64,000 bases of DNA from Camelus ferus (Eukaryota): NCBI RefSeq assembly GCF_009834535.1, contig NC_045704.1, positions 21,328,001 through 21,392,000 of the forward strand, in the 5' to 3' direction. Position numbers and translations under genes: made by a program. The first letter of the stretch is position 1; each line of letters begins with the position of its first letter. Shown here piece by piece: positions 1-12,479 of this stretch. The notes below the pieces were generated by a model. The model saw only the letters and a program-made list of their open reading frames with translations, did not search any database and was not told the DNA's origin.

Positions 1-1964
1 CTGCCTGTACTGATGCTTGTGGAAGATAGTGGAGGGGAGCAGGGGGGAGGGGTCCCACATGTTTCCTGACAGATGGTATTGCAGGAAGAGGGATGTGGGC
101 CGTGGTCCACAAGCCTGGCTTGGGAACTTGGTTATAGCAACACGGGGACCTAATCTTGGGAGGTCTGGTCCAAAGGGGCCACCGCTTTTGTTTGTGGTCG
201 CAGCCCTACCCTGGGGAAACCTGATCACGCCAACCCAGGGAACGCCCATCTGAGAGGAAGAGTAAAGCAAACTTGTTGGGGGCAGGGGCATGAATGCACA
301 TCCACCCTGGCATCCCTAGCTCTGCTGAAGGTTTCAGAGCAGACTTTTGGCTCCTTCCACTTCTGTGTATTGAAAAATTGCAGCTAAAATTAACTCAGCT
401 CAGGGGCCCGCCTTTCTCGATCATTAGCAAAGTTCATCAGTGCTCCTGGCCCAGCATAGCAGATACTGGCTTCCCAGACATTCAGAAAAAGGATGAGACG
501 TTTCGGAGACGCTACAGAAGTGGTGGAGGTGGGTGAGATAGAGGGAAATACCTGGAGACAATCCCGAAAAGACGGGGATTAGAATTCAGTGGAACTGGGC
601 TGATTTGGGCGTGGCCCCAGGAAATGGGCAAGGGACGTGGAAGAGCGAGGCAGAGGAGGAACAGTTAATAGGAGGTTCAGATGAGGAGCAGGTTATTCCT
701 TTGGACAACTGGGGCTCAGTTCTGCTGGGGAACATTTAGGTAGAGAGGCTGGGGCATTTATCCACCGAATCTTGCCGCATTTGGTGATGACTGTCCATTT
801 GGTGAGAGGCGGTGGTGCTGAGAGCCATCTGAAATTTGAGGTGAAAAAGCAGAGAGGGATGCCTTGCGGGAGCTGGACCAGAGGTCCTCACACTGTAGCT
901 GCATCAGGATCACCTGGAGGACTTGTTACTGTAGATCTCCAGGCCCTAGTCCCACAGTTTCTGATTTGCATTTCTAAATTCCCAGGCAATGGTAATGCTG
1001 TTGGCCTAGGGACCATATTTTGAGACCCACTGGGCTAAACCAGGAACATCAGCAGTGTGCATGGTTCTGTCCACCACAGCTATGCCAAAATGTGGTGCTC
1101 TGAGGGCATGTTACACCCTAAGTGTGTGCCAAAGAAACCAACATGTTTAGAGACATAAAATGGGATTTGGCATTAGAGAGAGGCAGAGGCAAAGATGCCA
1201 GTTCAACATTTACTTTGGATTTCTGGGCATGGTTGTGTACTAGATGACACTGCAGTAAAAGTGTGACCAAGACAGCATCAGGGCCGGCTTCATGGAACTC
1301 ACATTCCAAAAGGGAGAAAGACACATCTCCAGACAGCCCAGAGTGGTCAGGGCCAGGATGGGAGAATCTTGGTGTAAAAAGATTGGGACTGTCATGACAG
1401 AGGCCTAGGCCACAGTGGTCAGGGTGTGATCAGGGAAGCAGAGGGCAAAATAATAAGGGCTTTGATAACAAAGCACAGGCCAGAGTGATCAGGGCTCTGT
1501 TGAGGGAAACAGAGTGTGTGGGGCCCCAAAAGCAGAGTCTAACCCTTCCACCCCCTCCCCCCAGAGTCAGGAGGGCTTCCTGGAGGAAGGGAACTTTATA
1601 CTGAGACCTGAAGGATAAGTACGAATGAAGCCGGTGGCCAAAGGGAACCCCTATGCTGTTTGTGTGTCTTCATGCCATGGCATGTGCAGTCTAGGGGTCC
1701 CTGTGGTGCCTGAATGGTACCACGAGTGTGTCTGCATGTGCTGTAATCCCTCATTAGCTCCCGGAAGGGGATCCTAGTGGGATGGTTGTTTTCGGGGACT
1801 CCGCTTAATTGCTGCATTTACTTAATTGCAACATCTGGAGAAGGGGACAGAAGCAGCGGAAACAGCCACAGCAGGAAGAATGAGGTTAAACTGCCTGAGA
1901 GCTGAGGGAGCTGAGGGAGGAAGGGAACTGCTCATATCCACACACGGAATCTCCCTGAAAATAT

Positions 1965-2320
1965 ACATGCATACTCACACATGCACATCACATCCTCAGA
2001 GGCTCACCAGAATACACACGGACACAGCAGACACGTGGAACACACATCATCTGGTCTCCTGTTCAAATATAGGGGACATACACAAGTGCACACTTAGACA
2101 CACACTTCCAAAACACACACAGACTCACACCCAGACACGTGAGAGGTCACACATGCCGAAACACACTGCACGCAGATTCTCTTGTACACATGTGTGAGAC
2201 ACATGCCCACACATATACACAAGGAACATATTCAGAGTCACATCAAACACTGTAAGGGTTGGGCTCAAACACTGTAAGGGTTGGGCACACACACCCACAC
2301 ACACACACATTTCCATGCAT
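1965..2320 (+). repeat. CA-rich low-complexity tract with a 22-bp tandem duplication
   Basis: Dense CAC/ACA runs; TCAAACACTGTAAGGGTTGGGC at 2243-2264 and 2265-2286. Confidence 0.7.
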
Positions 2321-4284
2321 GTATACACTAAAATCAATGAAGTCGGTCTGTCTGCCAAAAAAGCGTCAAATAAACTCAGGCTGCTTCCAAGTCAGGGGGT
2401 TGTTAGACCAAGAAAGGTTGGGGGTAGCATCTCCTCATACTCAACTGGTTCCCACCAACTAGTACATCCTACGTCCAGCCGGTGGGGTTCACTGAAATTA
2501 GCTCAGCTTTGTAAACAGCACATGAACCAGAACTGAGGACTAGGAGTCACCTTAAAGATCATGTCTGAAGGTGCACCCCGATATGGAGGGGTCAGGGGGG
2601 CAGGAAGATGAGTAAGTTCTTCCCACCCCCACCCCCCATATACATACACTGATCAGACTCATGGGTCCCCAGCAAGCACAGACTTCTACACGGCAACCAC
2701 AAGACCTGTGCAGGAGGTTCTGATTAACTATGGTAGAAGACGGAATGCAGCTTTCAGGGGCTGCTTTGATGACTGCCAGCTATCACCATGGACGAAGACT
2801 TCGGTAAGAACATGGGGAAAGTTTACATTAGTGCAAAGAATGGAGGAAAATATGCTGAAAACTTTTAACTAGCAAATGTAGAGACTTTGGGCCATTGTAT
2901 AGATCTGCTCTGTGAAAGCCTGAACACCACAGTTGGGGATTAGAGGCTCATTTTACAGAACGACAGGGGGGCTCAAGCCTTACTCATATCTGGGGCCCAG
3001 AAAGGAAGGATCAGTGTATTAGTAATGCCAGCTGCTGTAACAAATAACCTTCTGAATTTCAGTGACTTCAATACAAACAGTTTATTTCTCCCCGCAGGCG
3101 TCCTGCTTGGTTGATAGCTATCTTCCATCTGTTGATTCACACACCAGACTTGTTAATCTTGTGCCTCCATTATTTCCTGGGGCTTAGAATTATCTGCTTC
3201 TACTTGGCAAATGGGAAGAGATAGGGTGGAGAAGGTTCACCAGCTTTTTAAAAAACTTGGCCCAGAAGTGACCTTCTACAAATTTCCCTTCTGCCCATAT
3301 TTTACTGGAGAGATGCAAGGGGGGGGGGGGCTGAGAACATATTCCCAGGCTGGGTAACTCCCTTCCCGTCACAATTATGCAAAGAATGTGGATTATAATG
3401 GACCAAACATCAACCACCACCAGATCCACAACCTCAGGGGAGGCAGCAGGAAGAGGCTGTGGGATCTCCTTCCAGTCACTGCACGGAGTCCTGCTGCAGG
3501 GGGAAGTCCCCAGCCCCACTCTGACTACCCACTCACCTGCCCTGATCTCCTGCCTTTGGAGTGGGTGACCACAAATTTGACTCCTTTGAGGGCAAAGAGA
3601 ATCTGGCTTGATCTGATCATCTTTAGGTTAGTGCTGAAGGATAATGGTGAGTTCAGTGTTCTTTTTCCAAGCACTTATTGAGCCCTTACTGTGTGCCAGG
3701 CCGGATGCTGGGAACGTGACCGTGAATCAGATACAGTCGAGCTTTGGAATTGTGTCTCCTCATAAAGCAGAAAGAGAACAGATAATTTCTGAACCTGTGG
3801 TTGTCGCTGTGATATTTCATTACGAACAAGATGAGGAAGAGAAAAGGGGCAAGGAAATCACCAAGTCTGCCTGCCTAGTTGGTGATGGTGGGGGTGGGGT
3901 TCAGGAAATGGATGGAAACATTTGAAGAGGAGGTCACCTGGACCAAAAGGGGGTAGGGTTTTCTAGGCAAGAGCATAACCCCTATGTGCAGATCCAAGTG
4001 CTAATCAGAAACCTAGTGATTCCAGCTCTTAACACAAACTACTGCTGATTCAAGTGCTAATCAGAAATCTGATACCTGTGAACACAAACCTGTCTGATTC
4101 ATCTGCTAATTATAAATCTATGCTTGTAAACTCTGTCCTGGAGCAGGGCTAAATCACAGACTTGGGCAGGAATAGATACTGATAGTCATCAACCCAAAGA
4201 TCCACGTTGCTAATGGCCATCTTGAGTTGATTCATGTGCTAATTACAATCTTAGGATAATTTAACAGTGATCAGAGGGTGTCAT

Positions 4285-4505
4285 ATTCACAGTGGAAAAG
4301 GGCACAGACTCTGAAGCCTGACAGCCTGGGTTCAAATTCCATTCCTGTAAAGAGGGGGCTGATAGTACTTCAGATGTCTACTGGGAGGACTAAATGAGTC
4401 AGTACAAGTAAAGAGCTGGGAGCAGTGCATAGCACCTAAGTGCTGACTCCGTCCCTAAGTACTAGCTGTAATAAAAATGATAATATGCAGCCAACAGTTA
4501 CTGTT
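4285..4505 (+). mobile_element. MIR SINE
   Basis: CACAGTGGAAAAGGGCACAGACTCTGAAGCCTGACAGCCTGGGTTCAAATTCC is the MIR core. Confidence 0.6.
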
Positions 4506-4599
4506 CTGATTTCATTTAATTCCGATAGCGGGCCCTACGTACAGTTTTTCACCACCGTAATCCTTCCTTGGCCCAGGTCTGAGGGTCTCACTCTCTGCA

Positions 4600-5180
4600 A
4601 AGTCTTCCCAGAGTTTCCCAGAAGTCCCCAGTCCCGCCCCCGCCCACATCCCTTTCTGCACCTTTCCCGGGCCGGGGCGAAACCTCCCAATCGCCACGTG
4701 GGGGCAGCAACACACCTTTCAGCAACTGCGCGCGCGATGCATTGTAGGATACGTAGTCTTGCGGACAGGTTAAGCGGTAACTGCGGTTGGGCATGCGAAC
4801 TGCATTTCCCAGAAGGCCACGCGACACCCTCTGCCTCACCTTCCTCAAATCTGGAGGCGGAGGCCTCGCCCCCTCAGAGAGCGCGCCTGCAGAGCGGCGC
4901 GGGGAGTTATGGGGTGTAGGGGCTGAGTCCGTTGCACCGAGGACGGGGTGCTGCGCAGGCGTGGGTGGTCTGTCGCGCCCGGGGGACCTTAGCTGGCGGG
5001 TGGCCCAGGTGCCACAGACGCCACAACTACAAGTTGAGGCAGCGGTGGAGGCTCTGCCGTTCCTTACTCGAGGGAGAGCAAGACCCTCACACTGTGTTTT
5101 GCCCCAGAGCCAGCTCAGCCGCCTTCCGGCTCACCTGCATCTCCTCCACCTCTGGAGTCTGTTCATGGCGCTCCGGTCTT
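4600..5180. promoter_or_regulatory. Orphan CpG-island promoter with two ZNF143 (SBS) motifs
   Basis: CpG-dense segment. GC box 4633-4645, CACGTG 4695-4700, GCGCGCGCG 4728-4736. SBS-like ACTACGTATCCTACAATGCA (minus, 4738-4757) and ACTGCATTTCCCAGAAGGC (plus, 4799-4817). Confidence 0.6.
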
Positions 5181-6099
5181 AAGAGGAAAAAAAAAAATTC
5201 CTTTCCCCTATTTCTCTTCTGTCCTTCACAACCACCCCCTCCCCCCTTAAAAAAAGAAAACCTTATTATGCTAATGTTCAGCTGTGCACAAAAATAGAAT
5301 AGTATGGTGATTCTCCAGGTACCCATCACTTTTCTTCAACAATTATTAACATATGGCCAATCTTACTTTATTTTTTCCGCTTCCCTCGGCGCCAAATTAG
5401 TTGAAAGCAAACCCCAGACAGCATATGATTTCATCCATAAAAACTTATGTATATATCTCTAAAATATGAGATTCTTAAAAAACATAACTATAACACCTAA
5501 AAATGAATAATTCCACAATATTATCTAATATCCAACCCATCTCCAAATTTCCCTGATTGTCTCCTAAATGTCTTTTAACTCTTGGCTTTTTCAAATCAGT
5601 ATCCAAACAGGATAGTGCATTGCATTTTGTTGATATCTCTTAAAGTCTTTTATTTTATGGTAGTCCTCCCTCACTCTCATTCATCTCACAGTCTGATCTG
5701 GCTGGTTGCACTTCTTGGCGTACTTTAATATGTTCTATCCCCTGTATGCCCTGCAAACTGATAAATCTAGAGGCTGGGTCAGATTCAGTTTCAGTTTGCG
5801 GGTAAGTGTACTTCATGGGTGATGTCGAGTTCTTCCAACAGGAGACATATAATAATGTCTGGATGTTTCTTTCTTGTGTGTGATGTTAATATTCAGTGCT
5901 GGGTTTGAGTGTTGCCAATCCATTATTATTATTCCATCCATTATAATGCCACACAGCCAAACTTCAGGAAGGAAGTGTCTCCATGCTCTCCCTGTCTATT
6001 TCATAAATGTTGCTTCTTGTTGCTAAAGTTCTTCCTTGTTGCTAAACTCAAGAGGCAATTCTCCATCTTCAACTCACTGGTCCTGCAATAATAGGCCTG

Positions 6100-6700
6100 T
6101 CTTCTTGTGCTGTGTAGTAGGGTAGCGGCTAGCCATGCAACTGACTTTTGAGAGCTTAACTAGTCCTAATTGTGATGTGCTATAAATATAAACAAATACA
6201 CTGGGATTTCAAAGACTTAGGACCAAAAAAAGAATGTAAAATATCTCAAGAATTTAAAAAATATTGATAATATGTTGAAATGATAGTCTTTGGGATATAT
6301 TAATAATATGCATGAATGAACTATTTTATTAAAATTAATTTCACTTGTTTCTTTTTACTTTTAAAGTGTGGCTACTAGAAATTTTAAAATCACATAGATG
6401 GCTCGCATTGTATTTCTATTAGAAAGTATTGCTCTAGACCAGTGGTTTTCAAAGTGTGATTGCTGGACCGGCAGCTTCAGCATCAGCATCACATGACAAC
6501 TTGTTAAAAATGCAAATTGTCTGTTGCCTTAAACCTACTGAACCAGAATCTCTGGGGATGAGACCCAGCAGTCTGCATTCTGACAAATTCTCCTGACGAT
6601 TCTTAGTCTGAAAACTCCCCTCCCGTGACACAGGGCTGTCCCAACTGCACCCACCTCTCACCCCGCAACTGTTAACACCTTGGTCTGAGAACCATTCTCT
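6100..6700. mobile_element. hAT-Charlie DNA transposon relics (MER3/MER33-like followed by MER5A-like)
   Basis: CAGTGGTTTTCAAAGTG...CAGCATCACATG...AATGCAAATT...CCTACTGAACCAGAATCTCTGGGG resembles MER5A; the upstream AT-rich part resembles MER3/33. Subfamily from memory. Confidence 0.55.
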
Positions 6701-6739
6701 TCTACCAACTGGTTTGCTGGCATTTAATCTTTGGTCCTA

Positions 6740-7345
6740 CTTGTAATCCTCAAACCACAGCTCTCGGGCTGATTCAAAAACATAAATCAGATCACATTAC
6801 TTCCCTGCTTAAAACCTTCCAATGGCTTCTTATTACACTTAAGGTAAAATCCAAACTCCTTCCTGTGATCCTTGCAGCCTCCTTGTCTTCACATCATCCT
6901 CTGATTCCCTTTCGCTCTTCATGCCCCAGCCTTGCCACTTTTCTCGCCGTTACTCGCACACTCCCAGCTCTTTCCTACCTCGGGGACTTTGTGATGGTCA
7001 TTCCCTCTTCTGAGAGCATGGTTCTCCCTTTCTAGGGCTGGCTCTCTCTTTTCCTTCAGTCTCAGCTTAGATGCCCCCTTCTCAATGCAGCCATTGTGCC
7101 ACTAAAGCCCGACTCTCCCACAACCACGTTCACACCATATCAACCATCTTTCATTCTCTGCATGGCATGTACCACACACTGTTCTTCCTCTTCTCCATTC
7201 ATCTGTCTGTCTGTCTCCCCCACTATCACGTACCCATATGAGGGCAGGAAGTCATCTCTTGAGCCCACCACCTTGTCTCCAGCTCCCCCCACAGTGCCTC
7301 CACACAGTAGGTGCTCAGAAAAGGTCTGCTCACTGACCCAGCACG
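6740..7345 (+). mobile_element. L2 3' fragment
   Basis: CAGATCACATTACTTCCCTGCTTAAAACCTTCCAATGGCTT...CAGTAGGTGCTCAG are characteristic L2 3' segments; boundaries approximate. Confidence 0.6.
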
Positions 7346-10300
7346 TAAACTGCTGCAGCTGCCCCTCCTCGGTCTCTCTTCCTGCCTCCTCCTCCTCTGA
7401 AGTCAGAGGACCGTTGGCATTCAAAATGTTTGAAATCTCGGAGCATTCCCCAGGACAATCTGATTTCTGGCTTCTGCCACACTGGGATAGCTGATGACAC
7501 AGAGCCTGCTTTCCTGCTTGGGCCTAGTAGGCTGGAGTTGCTAGACCTGTGAGGGCCCCATGAGGCTACAGAAACCACTCCCATATTAGAACAGAGGGAT
7601 GTTAACACATCAGGGTGGTTATGCTGCGGATGGAGGAACTTAAAGCCATCATCTTCTTTTCCCTCCAACTTTATGGATCAGAAATACACCAAGGGCTCAG
7701 TGGGACTTTTCTCACTGAGTATCTGTCCTGTGGTTGAAGTCAGAGTTGACTGGGGCTGGAGGTGTTTAAAAAGCGACTGGGCTGATGTCCAAGATGGCTC
7801 ACTCACACTGCTGGCAGTGTTGCTGGCTGTCAGGTGAGAACTCAGTGGGCTGTTGACCAGAGGAACTACACGTGGCCACTCCACCATGATGACCTTACAT
7901 GGTGGCTGATTTCTTCCAGAGCTTTTGTCCTGAAAGATCCAGGTGAAAACTGTATGGGGTTTTTTCTGACTCAGCCTCAGAAGTCACAGTGCATCACTTT
8001 GGCAGTCACAGACCCACCCAGACTCAACATGACCCCACCTCTAAGTGTGAGGAATTGGTGGCCACATCTTGCTACAAAGAATGTTCTTTAAGGCACTGAT
8101 GAGTCTTTTTCTCTCCTGACTCTAGACATTCTCCTTAGATGAACTTCTCCATTATGTTCTGGTGGCTTTGATAACAAGGCTACGATTCCCAGTCCTGTTA
8201 GCTGCCCAGATCATCCTTTGATGTGTAGAGTGGCTACTAGCTGGACATCTTCCTGACCCAGATATTGCTCAGACGCCTCAAAATATTTAAACTTGGGTAA
8301 TTCAGATACCCAGTTGCTGGTTGGGAATCACTGTTCATCAAGATGAAGTCTGGACTCAACAAAATAAAAAGACTTAGCAGGCTTCAAAAAAAAGATGAAT
8401 TCCAGATTTCTTACTGTGGCATTCAGGGCCTCCACCTCCCCTATTATATGGACCCTGATTTTGCCCCAGCCTTGTCTCTCTGCCTTGGACTTTAGGGATT
8501 CACCAAGACAGTCTCTCAGTGGTTTCTCACCTGTGTGCCTCTGTACACACTCTTCCATTTGACTGACTGTGTTCTCCTCATTTTTAAGACACATGTCTGG
8601 GGTTACCTCCACTGGAAGTCACTTCCTTTCTTGGGCTTGGAGAGGTACTCCCTCAGGGTCCAGGAATGGCCTGGGCCCCTGCATTCACTGCATTTAAGGA
8701 GCCTATGTCTGTGTGGTCTGCCGTTGTATCTGCATCCTGCCTGACCCTTGTGAATGGTCAATAAGGAGCCATTTAATGGATTGTGGAAGTCAGTTACACT
8801 GAGATTCCCAAAGAACTAAACTTCCCTATTCACAATCTTATATAGTGCTCCCCCCTTGAATCTGCCTTGGACATATAACTTGCTTTAACCAAAAGGATGA
8901 GAGAGAAGTCACACTTGGCCAGTTTTGGCCTAAGGCTTTTGTGCACTCAGGAGCCCTGAGCTCCTTGTTGGCGAGACCACATGGAAAGGCCATGTGGAGA
9001 CCTGTAGAAGCCACATAGCAGTGAGAATTGATGCCTCTGATATATGAGCCAAGTCCAGCTGTTCTAGTTATCCCTTAGCCATTCAAACTTTTCCTGAAGC
9101 ACCAGACTTGCAAGTGAAGAAGCCCTCTTGGATGTTCTAACTGTAGCTGACATGACATGGAACAGAGAAACAATCTCTGCTGTGTCCTATTCAAATTCTT
9201 GAAACACAGGGCATTGAACAAATAATAACATGGTTGCTCTTTTAAGCCATTAGTTGTGGGAAATTTTGTTATGCAGCAATAGCTACCTGATACAGCCTGA
9301 GTAAACTGTTTCCTATTTATCTGCAGGCCTCACAGAGGAAGGGGCAGAATATTATTCCCAGCATAAATACACTCACTGCCAAGATCAGGGCTAGCATATT
9401 GTATGCATTCATCTATTTGCTCACTATTCATTCATTCACTTACTTATTCTTTCACCAGATAGTTATTAAGATTCTGCCATGTGCCAAGCTCTGTTCTATG
9501 TGCTGTGAATACACTGGTGACGAGACAGACAAAATCATGGAGTACACATATTATAAAGTGTGATTTCAGTGTAAGGGCAAGCATCCTGGGTAATGTACCG
9601 GAATGACTGGCCAAAGACTGCGTAAAGAAAGCAAGAATAGATTAAAGAACAGAAGCATAATGTCACACCAGTTGGGTTTATGTCTCAGCCATTTGGGGGA
9701 AAATATCAACTTAGAGCCTCATCTTGCATGATAAATGAAAATAAATCCCAGATGGACCAGAGCAAGATGTGGGAAGAAAATTACACAATAAAAATCTTGA
9801 AGATGAAATAAATATTTAATGACCTCTGGGTTGGGAAAGACTTTCTGAACTTGAAAGTAAAACAAAAAAACAAAACAACAACAACAACAAAAATCACTAA
9901 GGAAAATTTTGATGGGTTTGACTGTCTAAAAAAGCTGAATATTCCATTTGCTCAAAAAGGGCATGACTAAAATTGCAGTCAAACAAATAATAAAGAAAAA
10001 TATTTGCAACAGATATGATAGAAAAGTGGTTAACATGATGTAATAAAGATATTAATAAATGAATGTGGAATTAGCATGAAAAGCCAATCCCCCGAAGAAA
10101 GATGGGCAATTAATATAAAAAGACAATTCAAAGAAGAACTACAAATAACCAAAAAAAGTTGAAAGTCAAGTTTATCCCCAGTAATAGTCAAATAATTTGC
10201 CACTTGAAACACTGAGATGTTGCCCTTTGCCTGTCAAATCAGCAAAGATGTTTGAAATATGGTTGCCTTTGGCTGAGAAGAGTTCAAGGCAATGGGAGAC

Positions 10301-10971
10301 CCCATTCACCATGAATGGGATGTGAATGGAATCCGAATTGGAATGACCCTTCTGGAGATAGATTGGGCAGCCTGAGTCCAGAGCCTGAAAATATGCATAT
10401 CTGTTAATTCACCATTTACACTACTAGGAATTTAGCCCCTGGAAGGAATCCAGCAAGTGGAAAAAGATTTCACTAGAAGGATTTTCATGGCACCATTTAA
10501 AAAATAATAGCCAAACAAATAAAAACAAACTGGAAATAATTTGATTATGTCCTACTAACACTTGACAAAGATCCATGGGATGTTAATTAGTATTTGATAA
10601 TAAAAGGCTCCTTGATAAAATAAATATGGGAAATGCTGGCTTGAATGAAGTTAGGTGAGTTGCAGGAATTTTCATCAACATGCTGGAGTCCATGATACCT
10701 GTACAAGAGGGGACGTCCTAGGCACTTTTTTCCTGAAATTATTTATTTCTGAATTTATTTTCAGTCATTCAGCTATTGCTGGCAACCGTCATGTTGTTTC
10801 TTCTGCCTCATTCTATTGACCACGTCAGGTCCCAAGACCCACTCAGATTCAAGGGGTGGGGAAATAGATTCCACTCTTTGGTGGAAGTTGCTGTGCAGTC
10901 AGGTGGCAAAGGGCATGGAGACAGGGAGGGGTGAAAAACTGGGGCCATTTTTGCAGTCCACTGGAGCCCTT

Positions 10972-11129
10972 AAAATTAAAAAAAAAATTTTATTTACTTA
11001 TTTTAATTTTTAGGGGGAGGTAATTAGGTTTACTTATTTATTTATTTTTAGAGGAGGTACTGGGTGTTGAACCCAGGACCTTGTGTATGCTAAACATGTG
11101 CTCTACCACTCAAGCTATACCCTCCCCTT
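10972..11129 (-). mobile_element. tRNA-Ala-derived SINE (vic-1 type)
   Basis: Reverse copy of the same element; 11-bp TSD CTGGAGCCCTT at 10961-10971 and 11130-11140. Confidence 0.88.
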
Positions 11130-12479
11130 CTGGAGCCCTTTCTTCATGTGTGTTAGGTAAGGTAAACTTCTAGCAATTGTTAACCAAAGAATCCCGAAAT
11201 CTCAGTGGCTTGATACAGTCTGTCTTCTTTCACATGATAGTATGATGTAGTCAGTAGGGTTTCAGGGACTCAGGCCCATCCCATCCGGCAACTCCGGGCT
11301 CCTTTATCTCCCCTGCTCCTGCCCCCAGTCTTCTCCATCGGTGGCTGTTGAAAGAGATGAGAGCCACAAGTGGGAAGTTTTTAGGATCACACCTGGTGGT
11401 CAGACACACATCTGCTCACTTGCGCATTGCCTCAAAGACCTGATTGCAAGGGAGGATGGGCAATGTGGTCCAGCCGTGTGCCAAGAGGCAACAGGGGAGC
11501 AGTTTTAGTGAGCAGTTAGTCTCTGCCACACATTTGGGAACATGCTGTATCTGAGTGTAGAGAAGGGATGTGTGTTTATTTGCTTTCTTTATCACATATC
11601 TTCCTCCACGAGGGCAGTTTTATTCACCATTGCATACCCATTGCCTATCCAGGGGCCCACTAAGCACTCAACCGATATGTGTGGAATAAATGAATGAATG
11701 CATGAGTAAGTAAAAAATTCAGTAACTTCAGAGGATATAATACTATGAACCAGTTAAAGACTGATATATGTAAGGAGATTTTTGGGAATGTGAGAAATTA
11801 CTCACGTGTAGTGAGCACTTAGGTAGGGTCTAGGGTTAGGTAGGCTATGAACCCATAACAGAACTGAATGTAACAGTAGCCAAAACAAAGGAGAACTGTA
11901 TTTCTGTCTCACCAATAGACCAAGCATAAATAGTCCAGGGCTTCATGGCATCAGTATGGAGATTTTATGACATCAGAGATCCAGATTGCTTTGACTACAG
12001 TCCTGCATCCCCAGGGTTCCTTGACCTGAATGGTCCAAGATGGCTCCCACCACATCCACATTCCAGGCAGTGGGAGGGTGAAAAGGGAAATGGAGACCCA
12101 TCCCTTGGCTCTGTCTGAGCATAGGTGAATTGAGAAGTAAAATCTTAGCTTGATGCCTAATTTATTCTGAGGGTCATCTCTGGTTCCTTCCCAGGGCGAA
12201 GAGCAGATGTATAACAGTCATGTCAGGTCACAGGTGAACAGTCGAAGGGAATATAGCTGCTTGTTCCATCTTAATACAAGTTGTTTGCAAAAATGTGCAG
12301 GATGCAAATTTGCATATATGGTATGGTCAGAAATATCTAAAAATATTCCCAGTAAAATGACAGGAAGGAAATACAACAAAATATTGTAAGGAAGTTGTCT
12401 CTCTGAGGTAGGCGAAGTTTCTTGTTCATTTTGTATTTTGCTGTATTTTTCCAAATGAGCAAGCATTATCAGATCTTTA

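Noticed and set aside
3991-4250. Repeat-spacer pattern reminiscent of CRISPR
   Set aside because: Mammalian DNA, degenerate repeats, related rather than unique spacers, and no cas genes.
1-5300. LRFN3 coding exons expected by synteny
   Set aside because: No LRR, Ig or FN3 peptide appears in any frame; the coding part must lie left of the window.
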